Source: Lama guanicoe (taxonomy: Eukaryota). Taken from it: a DNA stretch of 60,000 nt. The position numbers and the translations under genes are program-made. Under the pieces are notes generated by a model. The model worked only from the letters and a program-made list of their open reading frames with translations, searched no databases and was not told where the DNA came from. The DNA is taken from positions 684,001 to 744,000 of the forward strand of contig MU054187.1 in the NCBI GenBank assembly GCA_013239625.1, in the 5' to 3' direction. Each line of letters opens with the position of its first letter. Position 1 is the first letter of the stretch. This document shows positions 1-12,700 of the stretch, piece after piece.

Positions 1-429
1 ACATGTAACTGTGGGCGGGCGGTGTTTATAAACACGGGGCTAACTGTGTCCCAATCGCTGTCTGAGGTGTGCGGGTGGAAGCGTTGGTGTCTGGCATTAA
101 GAACACGACAGTGAGGTTAAATAGGAGGTATAGGTGGAAGATGGGGAAGATTTTATTTCAAAACCGACAAAATTATGGTTGAGTATTTTTAAAAATGGGT
201 GGAGGCTGCATGCACACAACGGAAGACAGCACAAAGGAACGAAGAAATCACACCACATCCTGCAGGCCAGGGCGATTTCCAGCTCTGGGGACCACAATTT
301 AAGATGAAGGCTGAAAACTTTGGAAAATAAATGATTGATAAATAAATTGATTAAATAGTAGAAAAGAATGTAATGGTTATCATTTTAAAAAGAGCTAGTG
401 GTTGCCATAGAAAATGGTATGTCACTGCC

Positions 430-965
430 TCAAAAAAAGTGAAACAGAGAAATACTGCGAGATCCAGTGACTCCACCGCTAGGCATGGACCGTGCAGGAT
501 GGACAACACAGGCCTTGACACCCGTACACCGGCGCTCACAGCGGCCAGGTATCTATGGATGGATGAGCGGGCGAGAAGGATGTGGTCTGTCCAGACAATG
601 GATTATGATTCAGCTTCAAGAAGGAAGGAAACTGTGACACACACTATGGCATGGATGAACGTGAAGACATTATGAGCGAAATAAGCCAGACACAAAAGGA
701 CGAACATTGTATGAGTGCACTTACATGATGTACCTGGAGTGGGGAGATTCAGAGGCAGAACGTAGAATGATGGGCCAGGGGCTGGGGCAAGTGCAGTTAC
801 AGTTTAATGGGGACAGAGTTTCAGTTTGGGAAAATGAGAAAGTTCTGGAGATGACGGTGGTGATGGTTGCACAACAGTGTGCGTGTGCTTACTGCCACAG
901 GCTGTGTGCACTTACGGTAGTTAAAATGGTAAGTTTTATGTTACGTACATCTACCCACATAAAAA
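430..965 (+). mobile_element. L1 (L1MB-like) 3' end fragment in CLXN intron 1
   Basis: L1 3' UTR hallmarks: 'ataagccagacacaaaaggac', 'aatggggacagagtttcagtttgggaaaatgagaaagttctggagatg', 'gttaaaatggtaagttttatgtta'. Confidence 0.85.
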
Positions 966-2879
966 TATTCTAAAAATTAAACAAAATTCTAAAACATAAA
1001 ACATTCCATAACAAAGTTAATGGCTGGGGAAGAAAAACTTGCACGAAGAATGACACAATCTGTTTACGTGTGTGAAATGCTAGCTGAGGGAAGGTAGATG
1101 AGCCACTTTTCTATCTTGGCTGCAATAAAAGTGAAAGAATATATATTAACTTAAATTATTACCCAAAGGTTCCAAGATGGGTAATTTTTTTCTGTAAGAT
1201 AAATTATTTTTTGCTGAAATGTTTCTTAAATTCAAGAATACAAAACTAAATGAAGTTAAGGAAATTTGAGAACTGGCTTTCCTCTTTTTGGATTGGTCTG
1301 AGTCTGTTCTGTAGTGTGGTGGATTAACTAGGCCTCCACTTAAGGGAATTTCTTCTTCTCTGATTCTACAAAATTTATCCACTTCACCCTGCTGGGATTA
1401 TCACCTGGCAACTAAAAGGAAACCTGACTTCAGGAGAAAGGTTTTCTATTTAAAGAAACTCAAAATTATTATAATGTCCATGATTTGTCACTATTTCTAT
1501 AGAATTTAACTAATAATCATCAAGGTTCTTATGAATGAATTTTTAAACACTAAAAATTTTATGTAAGAACAAAAATCAAGACTGGTTTTATTGCCATGGT
1601 TTCACTTATCTTTAAGTACATTCACCTCTAAATACATTCTTGGAATGTCTGCGACATGTTGTAAACTCACTAAACAGACTGAATCAAATTCAGCATTGTG
1701 TATAGCAGTTTCGCATTGTTTATTCAAAGTTTGGTAGATGTTTTAAGGAGATCTGGTCTTTTCCCAGAAATGGAAGTATTTTAAGAAAAACAACAACAGA
1801 ACAAAATTCTCATCAGATTATAATAATCATAATAATATCTTAATTATAGGATGACTTTTTTTTGGAAGTTTAGGATGCTTATATCCACTGGAACTTTTAT
1901 TCCCAGTGCCATCCTGAAAGCATCTCCTACCACTCATTATTTTAGATATGAAATATGAGTAGATCCCGTCACATCTAAAACCACATCAAAACATGTTTGT
2001 TCTTCCTGTTTTGCACCAATGGCCTTGGGATTACGGCTTCTGTTTCTTCAGGGAGCCAGTAGCTTTGCAATCAGCACACACCTTACAAACCTGCTTGTCA
2101 GACAGTCCCTTCCCGGTCTAAGCCACAATCCACAGCCCACGCACAGTTCTGCCTCTCAGTTGCACACAATTCTAAAGTTACCTCTGAAATTTTAGGGCCA
2201 CCTTTCAGAGTGCTTGTGAGATGAGAGCAGACGTCTTCCATAGGGGCCTCTTGCCACCTGCCAAGTTTCCTTCGCTTTGGAAACTGTGGAAAGTGGGCTC
2301 TAGAGCTGGGAGCAGATCAGTCTGGTTTCCCAGCAGACCTCCTCGCTCCGAGGTCCAGGTCTCCGTGCCCCCGCAGCTCATCCCTCCTGAGGCTGTGGGC
2401 ACTGACACCCACTTTCCCCCGTGGGCCTCCTGCTAAGTTCCCAGCACTTGCCCTGTGCGGGCTGATTTGCTCTAAGAAGAGCCAGAAAGCAGGTGCCTGC
2501 TGGTTGTGCCACTTTCCGTGAGTCCGGCGGTTTTGCGTCCTTGTCTTCCGTCTGCGTCTGAGGCTAAAGCCGCGCGTGTCCCCTGGGCATACACACCACA
2601 CCTCTGTGCCGCAGAGGCACGTTAAATGAGGGTCTGCAAAGCGAGTGCGTGCGTGTGGGGAACTGGGCGCCTGGATGCCTGGAAGCGCTCCTCGGGACCC
2701 CGGGCGGGCGTGGGTGCCGCCCAAGGAGCTGCGGTCGGGCTCCCCCCAGATTTCTCGTTAGGGCTGGGCGTGCACGGGCTCGGCCCGCACTCGGGCTCCG
2801 CAGGCGGGACCCTCGCCCCGGGAGGGACAGGAGACCTGGCCAGGGAGCCTCTGCCGCCCGGCGCTTGATTCTTACTTAC

Positions 2880-2937
2880 AGTGCTTGCTAGTTTTAGTTA
2901 AGGAGTCCGTCAGCTTCTGCAGCTTCTTGCGGTTCAT
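2880..2937 (-). CDS. CLXN: Calaxin (CLXN, formerly EFCAB1; EF-hand outer dynein arm docking protein), first coding exon; the rest of the gene runs off the left end of the window
   Basis: Minus strand from ATG at 2937 reads MNRKKLQKLTDSLTKTSKH plus 1 nt, then a canonical GTAAGT donor at 2879-2874. This matches the N-terminus I recall for mammalian calaxin (MNRKKLQKLTDTLTKNCKHF). The exon sits in a CpG island with RFX boxes typical of motile-cilia genes. No exon-2-like sequence (..KFEV..) was found in 1-2870. Confidence 0.95.
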
Positions 2938-3061
2938 GTCGGGCGCTCAGGGCACCGGCTCGCGGCGGGTGTCCGGGGGTGGCTGCGGGGGCCCTTGCGA
3001 GCCCTGCGCGCGGAGCGGCTGCGGTTCTCCACCACGCGCGTGCGCGTCCCTCACTCTCGGC

Positions 3062-3246
3062 GTGGCCATGGCAACACCGGGCGGTCGCTGATTGGCTCCC
3101 GGGCTGGGGCGAGCTTGGCTCTCACAGGCCGCGTGGCCATGGCAACGTCTCGGCGGCCGCCGATTGGCTGCCGGGCCGAGCCCTGCGCCGCCGAAGACGC
3201 GGTGTGGCCATGGCAACGCTCGGCGGCCGCCGATTGGCTGCCGGGC
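3062..3246. promoter_or_regulatory. Three tandem RFX X-box + CCAAT (NF-Y) modules, 71-bp period
   Basis: GTGGCCATGGCAAC at 3062-3075, 3133-3146 and 3204-3217. Each is followed after 15-16 nt by ATTGG (3091, 3163, 3233), which is CCAAT on the CLXN strand. A near-CRE TGACGTCC lies at 3302-3309. Confidence 0.85.
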
Positions 3247-4344
3247 CGGGCGCGGTCTGGCCGGCAGAGCCCTGCAGGCGCGCCGGACCGTGCTCTGACT
3301 GTGACGTCCGGGTTTGACCCTCCAGGTGCTGCTGGCTTGGGCTCACAGCCCCTTGGCTGGACTGCACCGTGAGTCCTCAAGGTCTGAAATCTGTGTGCGT
3401 GCCGTGTGGGGATGTCGGTGGGGGGCGTCACACCAGGGAGGCTTCGGGGCCTCAGGGAGGTCTGGGAACCCGAGGGGCTGCAGGGATGAGCAGGTGTGTT
3501 GCCCGGACGACTGTTCCGCGGGTGCAGGAGGGCGAGGAGCTGGCTCTCAGGTTGTCAGTCCTTCTGCTCAGATGCCAGGAGGGAGTCTGCTGCAGGATAC
3601 CTTCAAGTTTTTGGTGATGTTACTGAGAGCAAGAGGAACTTGGAATAGCTATCTTTTTTTGCCCCCATTCGCTCTCGGGGGTGGGTGGGGATGGAGGCTG
3701 TCAGTGGAATCTGAGAAAAGCCCCTGGCAATTTTCAGGTTGGTTAAGAGGCAGCCTCCCAAATAAAGACAAGCTAACAGCTGCCCCTGGCTCCGGGCGCA
3801 GCCCGACCTTGCTGCTCTGGAAAATACCCCAGTAAAGGGACCCTTTGCTTATTTGAAAGGCAGGCTCTGTGACTGCAAACCAAAGACTTGCTGCTCTTCT
3901 TACCAGCTGGGACACCTTCTTTGAGTTAAGCAATACATGGGTTAGCTGAGCACAGAGCACAAAACCTGTAATATTCTCCAACGTGTCACTGGCTTAGCTT
4001 CAGAAGGGAAAATGCCTTTGAATACAAATTATTTTACAGTATATGTACTGTCCTTGCTACACTGAAAGCAGAAAAATTCTGCCAACCAGGAGTAACAGTT
4101 CAAAATGAGGTCTCCGATTTTCTTTCCTTGTTTTATTTGTTTGTTGGATGGAGGACTGGGATGCTGTTTAAGAGTGGAGTGGAGGATACCTGGTGAAGGC
4201 AGGCACTGCGTTATCCTCATGCAAATTCCCTGAGAACTGTTAACTAACATGAAAGGATAGTGACTATGAGTTTGCGACAGTTAATGGTTACAGGGTATCC
4301 CTGTATGTACTCATATCCAGCAGGTGCTTTGTTTCTTTTTCAAA

Positions 4345-4412
4345 AAGATTAAAAAATTAAATCATAGTTGATTTGCAATGTTGTATTGGTTTCTGGTATA
4401 TAGCATAGTGAT

Positions 4413-4456
<44 letters not shown>

Positions 4457-5025
4457 TATATATATATATTCCTTTTCATATTCTTTTTCATTTAGGTTAT
4501 TACAAGATATTGAATATAGTTTCCTGTGCTGTATAGAAGAATCTCGTTGTTCATCTATTTTATACGTAGTAGTTTGTATCTGCCAATCCCAAACTCCCAA
4601 TTTATCCCTCCCTCTCAGTAACCATAGTTTGTTTTCTATGTTGGTGAGCCTCTTTCTGCTTTGTAAATAAATTCATTTTGTATCATATTTTAAACCCCAC
4701 ACATAAGTGATATATGATATTTGTCTTTGTGTGACTTACTTCACTTAGTATGGTAATCTCTAGGTCCATCCATGCTGCTGCAAATGGCATTATTTTATTC
4801 TTTATGGCCAAGTAGTATTCCATTGTATAAATATACCACAGCTTTCTTATCCAGTCATCTGTCGATGGACACTTAGGCTGTCTTCATGTCTTGGCTGTTG
4901 TAAATAGTGCTGCTGTGGACATTGGGGTGCATATGTCTTTTCAAATTAAGAGTTTCCTCTGGATATATGTCCAGGAGTGGGATTGCTCGATCATAGGGTA
5001 AGTCTATCTTTAGGTTTTAAGGAAC
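4345..5025 (-). mobile_element. Artiodactyl/camelid L1 3' end, containing a (TA)n microsatellite at ~4418-4468
   Basis: Reverse-strand L1 3' UTR/ORF2 end ('tctaggtccatccatgctgctgcaaatggcattatttt', 'ttggctgttgtaaatagtgctgct'); closely similar to the copy at 51295-51945. Confidence 0.9.
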
Positions 5026-6359
5026 AGGTGCTGTGTTTCTAACAGGATCGTAGGAAACAAATGCGGGGGTGTATTCAGATTACACTCACCTGTGAAACCT
5101 AGTGACTCTGGTTAGATGACCGAGTTGTGACAAATACTTAGTTCATAGAGATTGTTGCAGTGCTGTTATAAAGACAAGGTTCGGAAGAGAAGCCGTGAGC
5201 CCTTCCTCTCCCTAGCAGACTACGTGGACGCCCTGCTGGCATGTCTGGTCTCGGGAGCCTGCCCTATGGGTGGGAGCACTTCACTAGCATGTCCAGGCAA
5301 ATCGGAGCCACTTGTCACCCACTGGAAACTTGTCAGGGAGCCCTGTGGGTTCCTCCTCCACAAGCCTGGGCCCCACCAGCCGTGTTCCCTTAAAGTGGAA
5401 AAGCTTATAGAAGGGCAGTGCCCCAGGAGGTGGATGAGTCAAATGTGCTCTACCCGCAGAAGTTCCTGGACCTGTGGGGAACCTCAGTGAGGCGTCCCCC
5501 CGCCCCCTCTTCCCCGGGACAGTGGCCTGTGAAACTGACCTCGCTCTACCATCTTGCTGATCTTTCTCGGGGAAAGCAGGTACTTATTAGCCTGATGACG
5601 AATTTCCTGGCCTTTCATTAAGATGAACGTTGCCGCCAAGGCGCCCCGGGCACACGAGAAGCGTGACGCTGTGTGCAGACGTCCTTTCTGCCCTGACCTC
5701 ATCCCTAGTGTGGCGCTCACTTGGAGTGTCCGGGGGAGCATGTCCTGGTGGGACTGGACACAGGCAAACCAGGAAAGGCAATTCACAGTTAAAACTGTGG
5801 CAAGGATCTGGCCAGCAGTGTTCTCATCCACGTGGCTCTGCCTTCATTCTGGTTCCGGAGGAAGACTGTCTTCATGCCAGGAAACCAGGAATTAGCCTGC
5901 GCGTGGCAGTCATTCACTTGTCGCATTGGTCCCCGCGTTCAGCCAGTGTTCTGAGTGCTGGCCACATGCTGAGGGTTACAGTGGGTCCCTTGAGTTATGC
6001 CTGGGTCCTGCTGCTGGGCTCCGGCCACCCCCAATCATGTGATAAAGAGGGCGTGCCCCGGTGGGGGACCATCCTCCGCGTGGCGCAGTTCTGTGAAGGA
6101 CGTGCTGGTGCAGGCGACGCTTGGACGTGCACACTGGGTCTCGACTTTGGCTCCTGCTCGTGGTGCTCTGCGCTCGTTCAGGTGACGCCCGTGAGGGCAC
6201 GAGTCTCCTGCTCCTGCGTGACCGCCTGGGAGAGGGCCTGCTGGGTGAGTACAGGTTTTCCTGCATGAGGAAGGGCTGACCTGTTTCCCAGGGTGGCCGG
6301 CCCCCACGTTGAAACCAGCAGTGGAGGGTAAGGGAGCCGTTTGCCCCGGGCCCCACAGC

Positions 6360-7625
6360 ACTCGGTGCAGCCAGCCTTGTCGATTTCAGTCATTAGTGGG
6401 TGTGAGTGGGGACTCACTGTGGTCTTAATTTGCATGTTCCTATTACTAGCGAACTGAATGTCTTTTTAAAGGGTCTTTAAATGTTACTTTGTTTATTTGT
6501 TTTCTGGGGGGAGGTCAATGGGTCTACTTATTTATTTACTTGTTTTTGATGGAGGCGCTGGGGATTGAACCTAGGACCTCGTGCATGCCAGGCATGCACT
6601 CTACCTCTGAGCTATTCCTTCCCCCGAATGTCTTCTTAATATTAGGTTGTAAGTATTCTTTATGTGTTACGGATGGAATGCTGTTGCCAGATACCAGTGG
6701 GTGACTTTATGCTTTTACTAGTGGCTTTTGGAAAGCAAAAGTTTTGAGTTTTGAGAAAGCTCAGTTCACCAAAATTTAATTTTATAGTTCATAGTTTGCA
6801 TGTGCTGCTTAAAAATGTGTTGCCTGATCCAGAGCCATAAAGGTTTCTTTCATGTGTGTTTTACATGGTTTACGGTTCTATCTCTTACATTTGGACCTCT
6901 GCTTCCCTGCAGTTAATTCTCGTGTACACGCGAGGAAAGGGTCGGTGCTCATTGTTTCTCACGTGGGCCTCTGGTCTGCAGGACAGACGGTTCCTCTTCC
7001 GCGGACTTGCCCTGGCGTTTCTGTCAAGTGGCCTCGTAGTGTGAGCTGCGTCTTGGGCTCTAATCTGCCCGTTGATCGCTGTGTCCATTCTCACGGAACA
7101 TCACACTGCGCTCATTCCCGCAGCTTTACAGTGGCTCTTCAAATCAGGTAGCGTGAATTCTTTAATGTCGTTCTTTTCCAAAGTTGTTTTGACTAATTGA
7201 CATCATTTTCATTTCATGTGAATTTTAGAATCAACCTGTCAGTTTCAAAACTCCTGCCAAGGTTTGATTGGGGCTGCATCGCTCCTGTGTAGCCATCGGG
7301 GTAGAACTGAGCGGGGTTGCTTTTCTGACCCGTGGACATGGTGTGTCTCTCCGTTTGTTAGGTCCTCATTGTGTCTCTCAGCATTGTGTTCAGGTTTTAA
7401 GTTACACGTCTGAGCATCTTTTGTTACACGTGTTCATAAGTATTTTTGACGCTAACGTAACTGTGATGTTCGAGGTCGCAGTTGCTCTTTGATGGCACTT
7501 AAAGTGTAACTGGTATTTGTGTACTGATGCTTGACTGTCTCACCGGCTGTGCTGTCACTGGATTTAAATCACGGTGCACACTTCGCTCGTTTTCTCTTCA
7601 GTGATTCATTTGTTATCTCATGAAT
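6360..7625 (-). mobile_element. Old degenerate L1M ORF2 fragment, interrupted by a SINE
   Basis: 'gtggtcttaatttgcatgttcc', 'gtgaattttagaatcaacctgtcagtttc' and 'ggacatggtgtgtctctccgtttgttaggtc' are reverse L1 ORF2 motifs. Confidence 0.75.
6470..6625 (-). mobile_element. Vic-1-type camelid tRNA-derived SINE
   Basis: Reverse of GGGAAGGAATAGCTCAGAGGTAGAGTGCATGCC..GAGGTCCTAGGTTCAATCCCCAG. Target-site duplication gaatgtctt(t/c)ttaa at 6456-6469 and 6626-6639. Confidence 0.9.
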
Positions 7626-7936
7626 CGGCTCGTCTCTCTAGTTAATAAATGTGTATTTCTTTATCGCCAGCTTCTTGTGGGTCTGCCTAGGTGGTCACAC
7701 GGTGAACGGGGGGTTGGGTGGGAGGAGGTGGGGCTGCTCTGTCATCCTTTCCTCATGGGCTTGTGCCTTCGTGTGAGGGTCACCCTCAAGTCGGGGCGTC
7801 TGTGAAGAAATGACCTGAACCTACTTGTGCTCTATTTAAGGACTAGTTCAGTTAAAACTAGACAATGTATCCCCCAAATCCACTTGACCAGGGCACTCTG
7901 AAAGCAGATAAGCGAAGGGGCCCGTGCCCTCCGCTG

Positions 7937-8058
7937 CGTCCCCGCCTCCCAGCATCCCTGCCCTGGGACACGCACGTGTCCCCGCCTCCCAGCGTCCCGG
8001 CCCTGGGACACGCACGTGTCCCCGCCTCCCAGCGTCCCAGCCCTGGGACACGCATGTG
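7937..8058. repeat. 40-bp minisatellite, 3 copies
   Basis: Unit GTCCCCGCCTCCCAGCRTCCCNGCCCTGGGACACGCAYGT starts at 7938, 7978 and 8018. Confidence 0.9.
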
Positions 8059-9589
8059 ACAGTGGTTGTGCGAGCCAGCTGTAGGCTCCCCTTCGTCACT
8101 TCAGCAGCAGCGACAGCTCGTCTTGGTCACGGCCCACGCGGGAGGGCTCCTCTCCAGTCTGTGGGCTCTGCAGCTGCCTCTCCTTGCGCCCCTTGGTGCC
8201 CTGTAGGTGTTACTTCAAACAGAAGATGGACGTTCCATGCCATCCTGCGTGAAGCCTCTGGACAGTCACCGCGCCCCCTCCCACGGGGGCGTCCCCCTGC
8301 CCTGCCTTCCCGCCAGAGCGGAGGAAGCGTTTTCTCCCTGGCGAGAGGAGTCGCCTCAGCCCTGTTTCCAAAAGGCCCATCGAACTTCCTTCAGCTTGTT
8401 TACCTTAAATCCACGTGTCCTTTTCAATGACATCCTTGAAACTTTGGAAGCGGGTTTTCTATTTTTTCCATTTCCATTGTGTTTGAGCATCTGCCTCCCT
8501 GAACCACATTGTGTTCTGTGAGGTGACATCACGTCCCGTGTGAGAGGCACATCCAGTGGAACAATGAAGAGCTCCAGCGAGTGCTTCGGTGCGGTGACAT
8601 CACTTGGCGTGTCAGAGTTTGCTTGCAGTCTGTAGATAATGAGTGTCCTACAGTTTTGAGCCCTCCGCGGTGAGTCACGGAGCCCTCCCTTTCTCTCTCA
8701 CGTGTCACGCTGGGTTTTACACTGACGACGAAGAGCACAGCTCGCTCCCCTTGGGGGGTCAGAGCCAACAGAGGCTCCACTTTAATCAGACGCCAGTTTC
8801 ACGCGTTTGAACCTGCTCTGTCGAGGGAGCACTTCGGAGGCATCAGATACACCCGCTTCCTCCTCATCCATGGACCCTGGTGAAGTCAGTCCCCGGCTGG
8901 GGTGAGCGGCTCCCCGGCCAGCCCGAGCGTCTCGGGTTGAAGCTGTCCCTTGGCCCTCTCCACCGCAGGCGAGGGGGCGCGGGGCAAAGCCGGTCCGGTT
9001 TCTGCTGCTTCCCCCCGAGTGGCCAGCCGGTGGGAAGCCCTCCCGACTGACTCCCTGTTGGTGGAACTGCTGATGGCTGCGCCTTCCCCTGAAGCAGAGC
9101 CGTTCGGTTCGGCCCTGCGAATCCATGAAACTCAGTGTGACAGATCGTGGTTTCAGAGGAGGCAGAGGCCAACACCACTGCTGTGGGTGAGAGAGAGGCC
9201 AGCACCGCGCTCGCTCCCCGAGGCACCAGGCTTGTCTGCAGGAGGCGGTGCTCCGCGGCTGAGCCAGGGCCCTGCTGGGCTGGGGGGCTGCGGGGCCAGC
9301 AGGGGCTCGCCAGGGGAGAGGAGGCCGGAAGTCTCAGCCCAAAGAGGGATTCAGGTTAAATCTGCTTGGGGCTGATCAAGGCTGGGCAGGAAGCGGCTCT
9401 TGGGGCCCGGCCAGGGCTCCTGGAATCCCAGTTAAGTCTGAGAGCGAAGCTCGTGTCTTCTTTCAGTGGGCAGAGGACCCTGCCTTCAAACAAAAGTTGG
9501 TCCAGGTTGCAGGGCCTTTGATGTTAATTTGATCCTGAAGTGTTTCTCTCTCTCTCTCTCTTTTTTGTTTTTTAACTTTATAGTTGTAT

Positions 9590-9720
9590 TGTTTTTCCTT
9601 TTTTATTAAAGTCCAGTCAGTTTACAACGTGGTGTCCATTCCTGTTTCAGGCGTACATGTACACACACTTCATTTTCAGTGTCTTGTGGTGACCTCTAAC
9701 GAAAGGAATATGAACGTGAA
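9590..9720. mobile_element. Short L1 3' UTR remnant with pieces in both orientations
   Basis: Reverse L1 tail ('ttttattaaagtccagtcagtttacaac') joined to forward L1 3' UTR ('cagtgtcttgtggtgacctctaacgaaaggaatatgaa'). Confidence 0.5.
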
Positions 9721-12700
9721 GTTGGCGTCAAGTTCTTAAGTGAGGTCTTTGTTTCAAGTCTCTCGTTTGTGTCGCTGATGTTTCTCACACACGTGTCACG
9801 ATGACTTTATCTTCTGTGTGTCCACATGACCGTGTAGTCGGCAGTCAAGTCCTTCCTTACTTAGGTTGAGAAATGGCTCGTTTCCCTGCGTCCTTTTTGA
9901 GAGCAAAGACCCAGGTGATGTAGAAACTCAGTGCAAGGGGAATGGACCCCTGAAAGCCCCCGGGACGCCGGGAGCGCCAGTCCCGCCCTGACCTCGGCTT
10001 GGCACGAGTCTGGTGGGAGGCTTTGCCCTGAAAGCCACGCCGCTCCGGAGTAGGACTTACCGTAAACAAATGTATTTCGAAGCACCTTTGGGGTTGTTCT
10101 CCTAACCGTTGCTGAAAAATTGCTCTTTAATGAGAACCTCAAAGTGCGATCTCAGCTCCAGCGAAGGAGGGTCCTGTCCAGCCGGCTCTGGGAGCAATCC
10201 CTGCCCCCTCTCAGGGCAGGGCCCGGCTTTCCTGCAGTGTGGACGACGGGTTGAGCCTGGCTGGCCCCCTTCCCGGGCCGCCTCTGATTTCGTGGGGCGT
10301 CTTTGGGACAGACCTGCGTGGGTGCGTGCCCTGTTCCTTCCCCCCTGAGGCTCAGACGTCGGCCTGGGTGACGTCTGCGTTCACATTTATAGCAGCGGTA
10401 AGAAACAAAAACAACTGAAAGACTCCAAATATTGCCTCTAGGATGGTCACAGAGTGCCCGCCACGTGGTCAGGGGTGTGCCTGCCGTCCGGGAAGGGCAC
10501 GGGCTCGTTCAGAGATGTGCAGGTTCCCCTGACCCCACATGCCCGGAGCTGGGCCGGTGCCTCTTCCGTCTGGCCAGGTCAAGCCCGCGCTCCTGCAGCC
10601 TCTGGCCCCGGGTCGGCTGCACGTTCACTATCTTATTTCATCTTCAACAATAGCGTCTGAAAGTATTTCCTGATCTTCTGGGGGAAGAAGCGGATGGTCA
10701 GAGTGATTAACTGATTGGTGCACAGACCAGCCAGTTAGAGGCAGGGCTAGTGGACCCAGGACTTGCTCTCATCTGCTGCCCTCTCCCCGGCGTCACAGCT
10801 GGGTCATCCCAACTTCCTGCCGGACGTGAGTGTCAGTTGCTGGCCCTGCCTGGCCAAGAGTCCCACCAGCCAATCCATCACGCCCCCTCCAGAGCCCGGG
10901 GCCTCCCAGAGCGCGGTGCGTGCTCATCACTCATCTCCTTTTTACTGTTAGCTCCAGCCTTAGCCATCTGAATACAAGTTCCTTAAGAACAGTTCCTGGG
11001 AAATCTGTCCATTTCAATGGAATGGTGGCCAAGACTCGTTTTTGGCCTCCCTGTGGTGACAGGTGTGCAGCTGGACAGACCCTGGCCTCAGCCTCCCCTG
11101 GTGGTAGGAGTGGCCATGTTTGTGCTACCTTGGGGTCTGTGACTTAAGGTCCCTGAGGGGGTTCGTGTCTCCCCTCGCATGAGACGGGATAGAGAGGCTT
11201 CCTGCCCCTGGACTTGACTCTGCAGGGGATGGCGGAGAATTCAGATGGAGGAACCCAAGGCTCGGAAGGGTGTCCTGGAGCAGAGCTACCTGCAGCCTGG
11301 AAAGCTCACCTGGGAGATGAGAGAAACAGCCTCACCTGTTTTAATCCACCAGCTTGTCATCAGGTCTCTGCCAGCTCGGGGTGCTCATGGGGCTTGGGAC
11401 CTGACCCACGACACCTGCAGGAGACACTGCAAATGGCTCACACGTCAAGTGCACCGTGTGGGATCCTGATACTGACGCGGGCGGGGGGTCAGGGAGGAGG
11501 CTCCATGTGGAAGACACGGGGGCACTGCCGGGCTAAGGAGCAGGCGGTCAGAGGCACAGGTTTGGGGGGACGCGGGCCGGGGCCATGGAGCTGCAGCAGG
11601 GCGGTGCTGCCCTGTCCGTGGACAAGTCACCCGTCCCCGTGGCCCGGAACCACAGCCAGCCTCAGCTCTCAGGTCTGTGGCTGGTGATCTCCGCCTGGCT
11701 CTGCATCCCCTGGGGGTCTTCTGGGATGCAGTGGGCCTGGCGCTTCCGGCACAGGGTGACCTCTCCCCCAGAGGGAGGGAGCTCAGACCCCACCCCCAGG
11801 CCGTGTCCCCCTCTTACTGGGGGAGGGGCGTGGAGGGGTGCTGGGCGCCTTCCTGACGCCCCACTGCAGGGGAGAGGCCTCGAGGGCAGAGGCCTGGGTT
11901 GGGGGCCTGGTGAGCGAGTCCTGTGGCCCCAGTGGCGCTGCCAGGACGCGCTCCGGTGGGTCTTGGCCAAGTATGTTAGGAAATCTCCAGGAATGAAGGG
12001 AAATAGGTCCCGGAGCGAGTGTTACACAACAGGGTCGTGCGGCTGGGAGCCGGGCGGGAGCGCACTGCTCGCTCCGCCACCGGCCCCCGGGTTTTAGGGC
12101 TCACAGGCCCTGGGCTGGCCCTGAGACTGGGGTCTGCCTGCCACGTGACTCAGGGCCCACGCAGGCCTCGGGCAGGTCCTGAGCCTCCCGGGGGCCCTGT
12201 GGCCTCGGATCCCGGCTGGAGCCGCAGGGACCAGAAGTCCCAGAGTCTCCCTGGGAACGCGCCCCGCTTCCTCACTTTCGTGGGCGGGTTGGGGAAAGGA
12301 ACTACTAAAAATAACCAGGAAAGAGATCGCAGAGGAAGAGCAAGGACGCTGGCCCGTGCTTTGACTAATATGGACTTTCTCGGTCCTGAGGAAGTACTTT
12401 GTTTCAAAAATAGCTGGTGCTTTTCCAAGAGGAGCCTTGGGGCTGTGAGTGGTCCCCTGCATCGTCGCATCACTCCTGCAGGCCGGGGGCAGGGACGGGG
12501 GCAGAGACCTGCAGGAAGGGAGGGCCCCCCCGGGAGGGCCCCCCCCCTCTTACGGTGGAATTGCTGGTGTTGAACAAGCTGCTGAAAACACAGCTGGGGG
12601 CACTGGACAGGTCGGTTAGGGACAAAGATTTGTCCCAAGAACGAATTTTGAGCTTGATGAACTGGAGTTTGCCAGCATTTGTAATCAGGAAAGAATGTTT

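Larger units (their letters stand above)
2520..3540. promoter_or_regulatory. CpG island / CLXN promoter and 5' UTR
   Basis: Very high GC and CpG density surrounding the CLXN start codon, against AT-rich intron sequence at 1000-2000. Confidence 0.9.

Noticed and set aside
1146..1382. Possible CLXN exon 2 (..DKF..)
   Set aside because: The translation does not continue as KFEV..LFY..LDRNAFR; exon 2 is probably left of the window.
5418..5621. Protein-like ORF (..PQEVDESNVLYPQKFLDLWG..) with a weak donor
   Set aside because: No recognisable homologue and no convincing acceptor or partner exons.
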